Assembly (NCBI GenBank): GCA_002269645.1
Contig: NIVC01000988.1
Location: 328,405-392,404 of the forward strand
Direction of reading: 5' to 3'
Source of the DNA: Macrostomum lignano
Lineage: Eukaryota
Length of the DNA stretch: 64,000 nt
The notes beneath the pieces were generated by a model, which saw only the letters and a program-made list of their open reading frames with translations, did not search any database and was not told where the DNA came from. Shown piece by piece: positions 63,447-64,000 of the stretch; position 1 is the stretch's first letter, and each line of letters opens with the position of its first letter. The position numbers were made by a program, and so were the translations under genes.

Positions 63447-63949
63447 GGATGATTAAAATCAAATAAATTTATTCATATATAGCTTGGACCTCAACTAATT
63501 GGAATATTTTTGTTGAATTAGCAAAGCAAAGCCAGCTACAGTGAGAGGCCTGCAAGTTAATGCATTGAAATTAAAAACCAAGCCAATGCCCAGGACTAAT
63601 TGAATAGCGACACCCGCCCCTCAATTTCAATATCAAAAATGTGTTGCGCAACCTTTCAACGCTTGTAGCTCTCCACGCGAGTGTAGAGAACCAATGCTAT
63701 AGTTGGCACTGAGTTATGATGCAATACAATTGCATCGACAGTCAGAATGCTTCTCAATCAAAAAGAAACTGTTTGAACTTTAAAAAACGGGGCAAAAAAT
63801 CGAGTTTTTCGAATATTTAATCCCGAAAAAAATTAAGCATTCCTTTGCAAAAAAATGGTGTACCAGCGCTCCATAAATACGCATCGAATGCAGAAAACCC
63901 CACAAAATTCTGACTACGCAGAGTCAAGTTAAACGAAGGTTCCTATAGA

Positions 63950-64000
63950 TATGATAGATAGATAGATAGGATAGTAGTAGTAGGTAGTAGGTAGGTAGGT
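63950..64000. repeat. (GATA)/(GTAG) simple repeat running off the window end
   Basis: Directly visible. Confidence 0.85.

Overview
Repeat-rich metazoan genomic DNA with spliceosomal introns and TTAGGG repeats; a free-living flatworm such as Macrostomum is an unverified guess. From left to right: (1) 1-7869: three head-to-tail non-autonomous Helitron-like units carrying a 22-23 bp satellite and TTAGGG tracts. (2) ~11.6-13.9 kb: a decayed P-element/THAP9-type transposase. (3) 17089-44600 (+): a complete 12-exon TRPC channel gene, with tandem repeats in most introns and a 6.5 kb TIR-bounded element in intron 3. (4) 36531-38765 (-): a 7-exon Notch-ligand-like gene nested antisense in TRPC intron 7 (signal peptide, MNNL/C2-like, DSL, no EGF repeats, mucin stalk, TM, lysine-poor tail). 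(5) 51.5-61.5 kb (+): two tandem multi-caspase-fold genes, the most novel-looking system here. Each fuses degenerate caspase-like modules and a Cys-to-Trp pseudo-caspase to a C-terminal caspase with an intact His/Cys dyad. There is no recognisable CARD/DED prodomain and all predicted introns are phase 1. Several host-gene frameshifts are repaired by adding one A to a short A run, so they may be assembly errors. All gene models were built by hand from splice signals and motif recognition; no database search was run.
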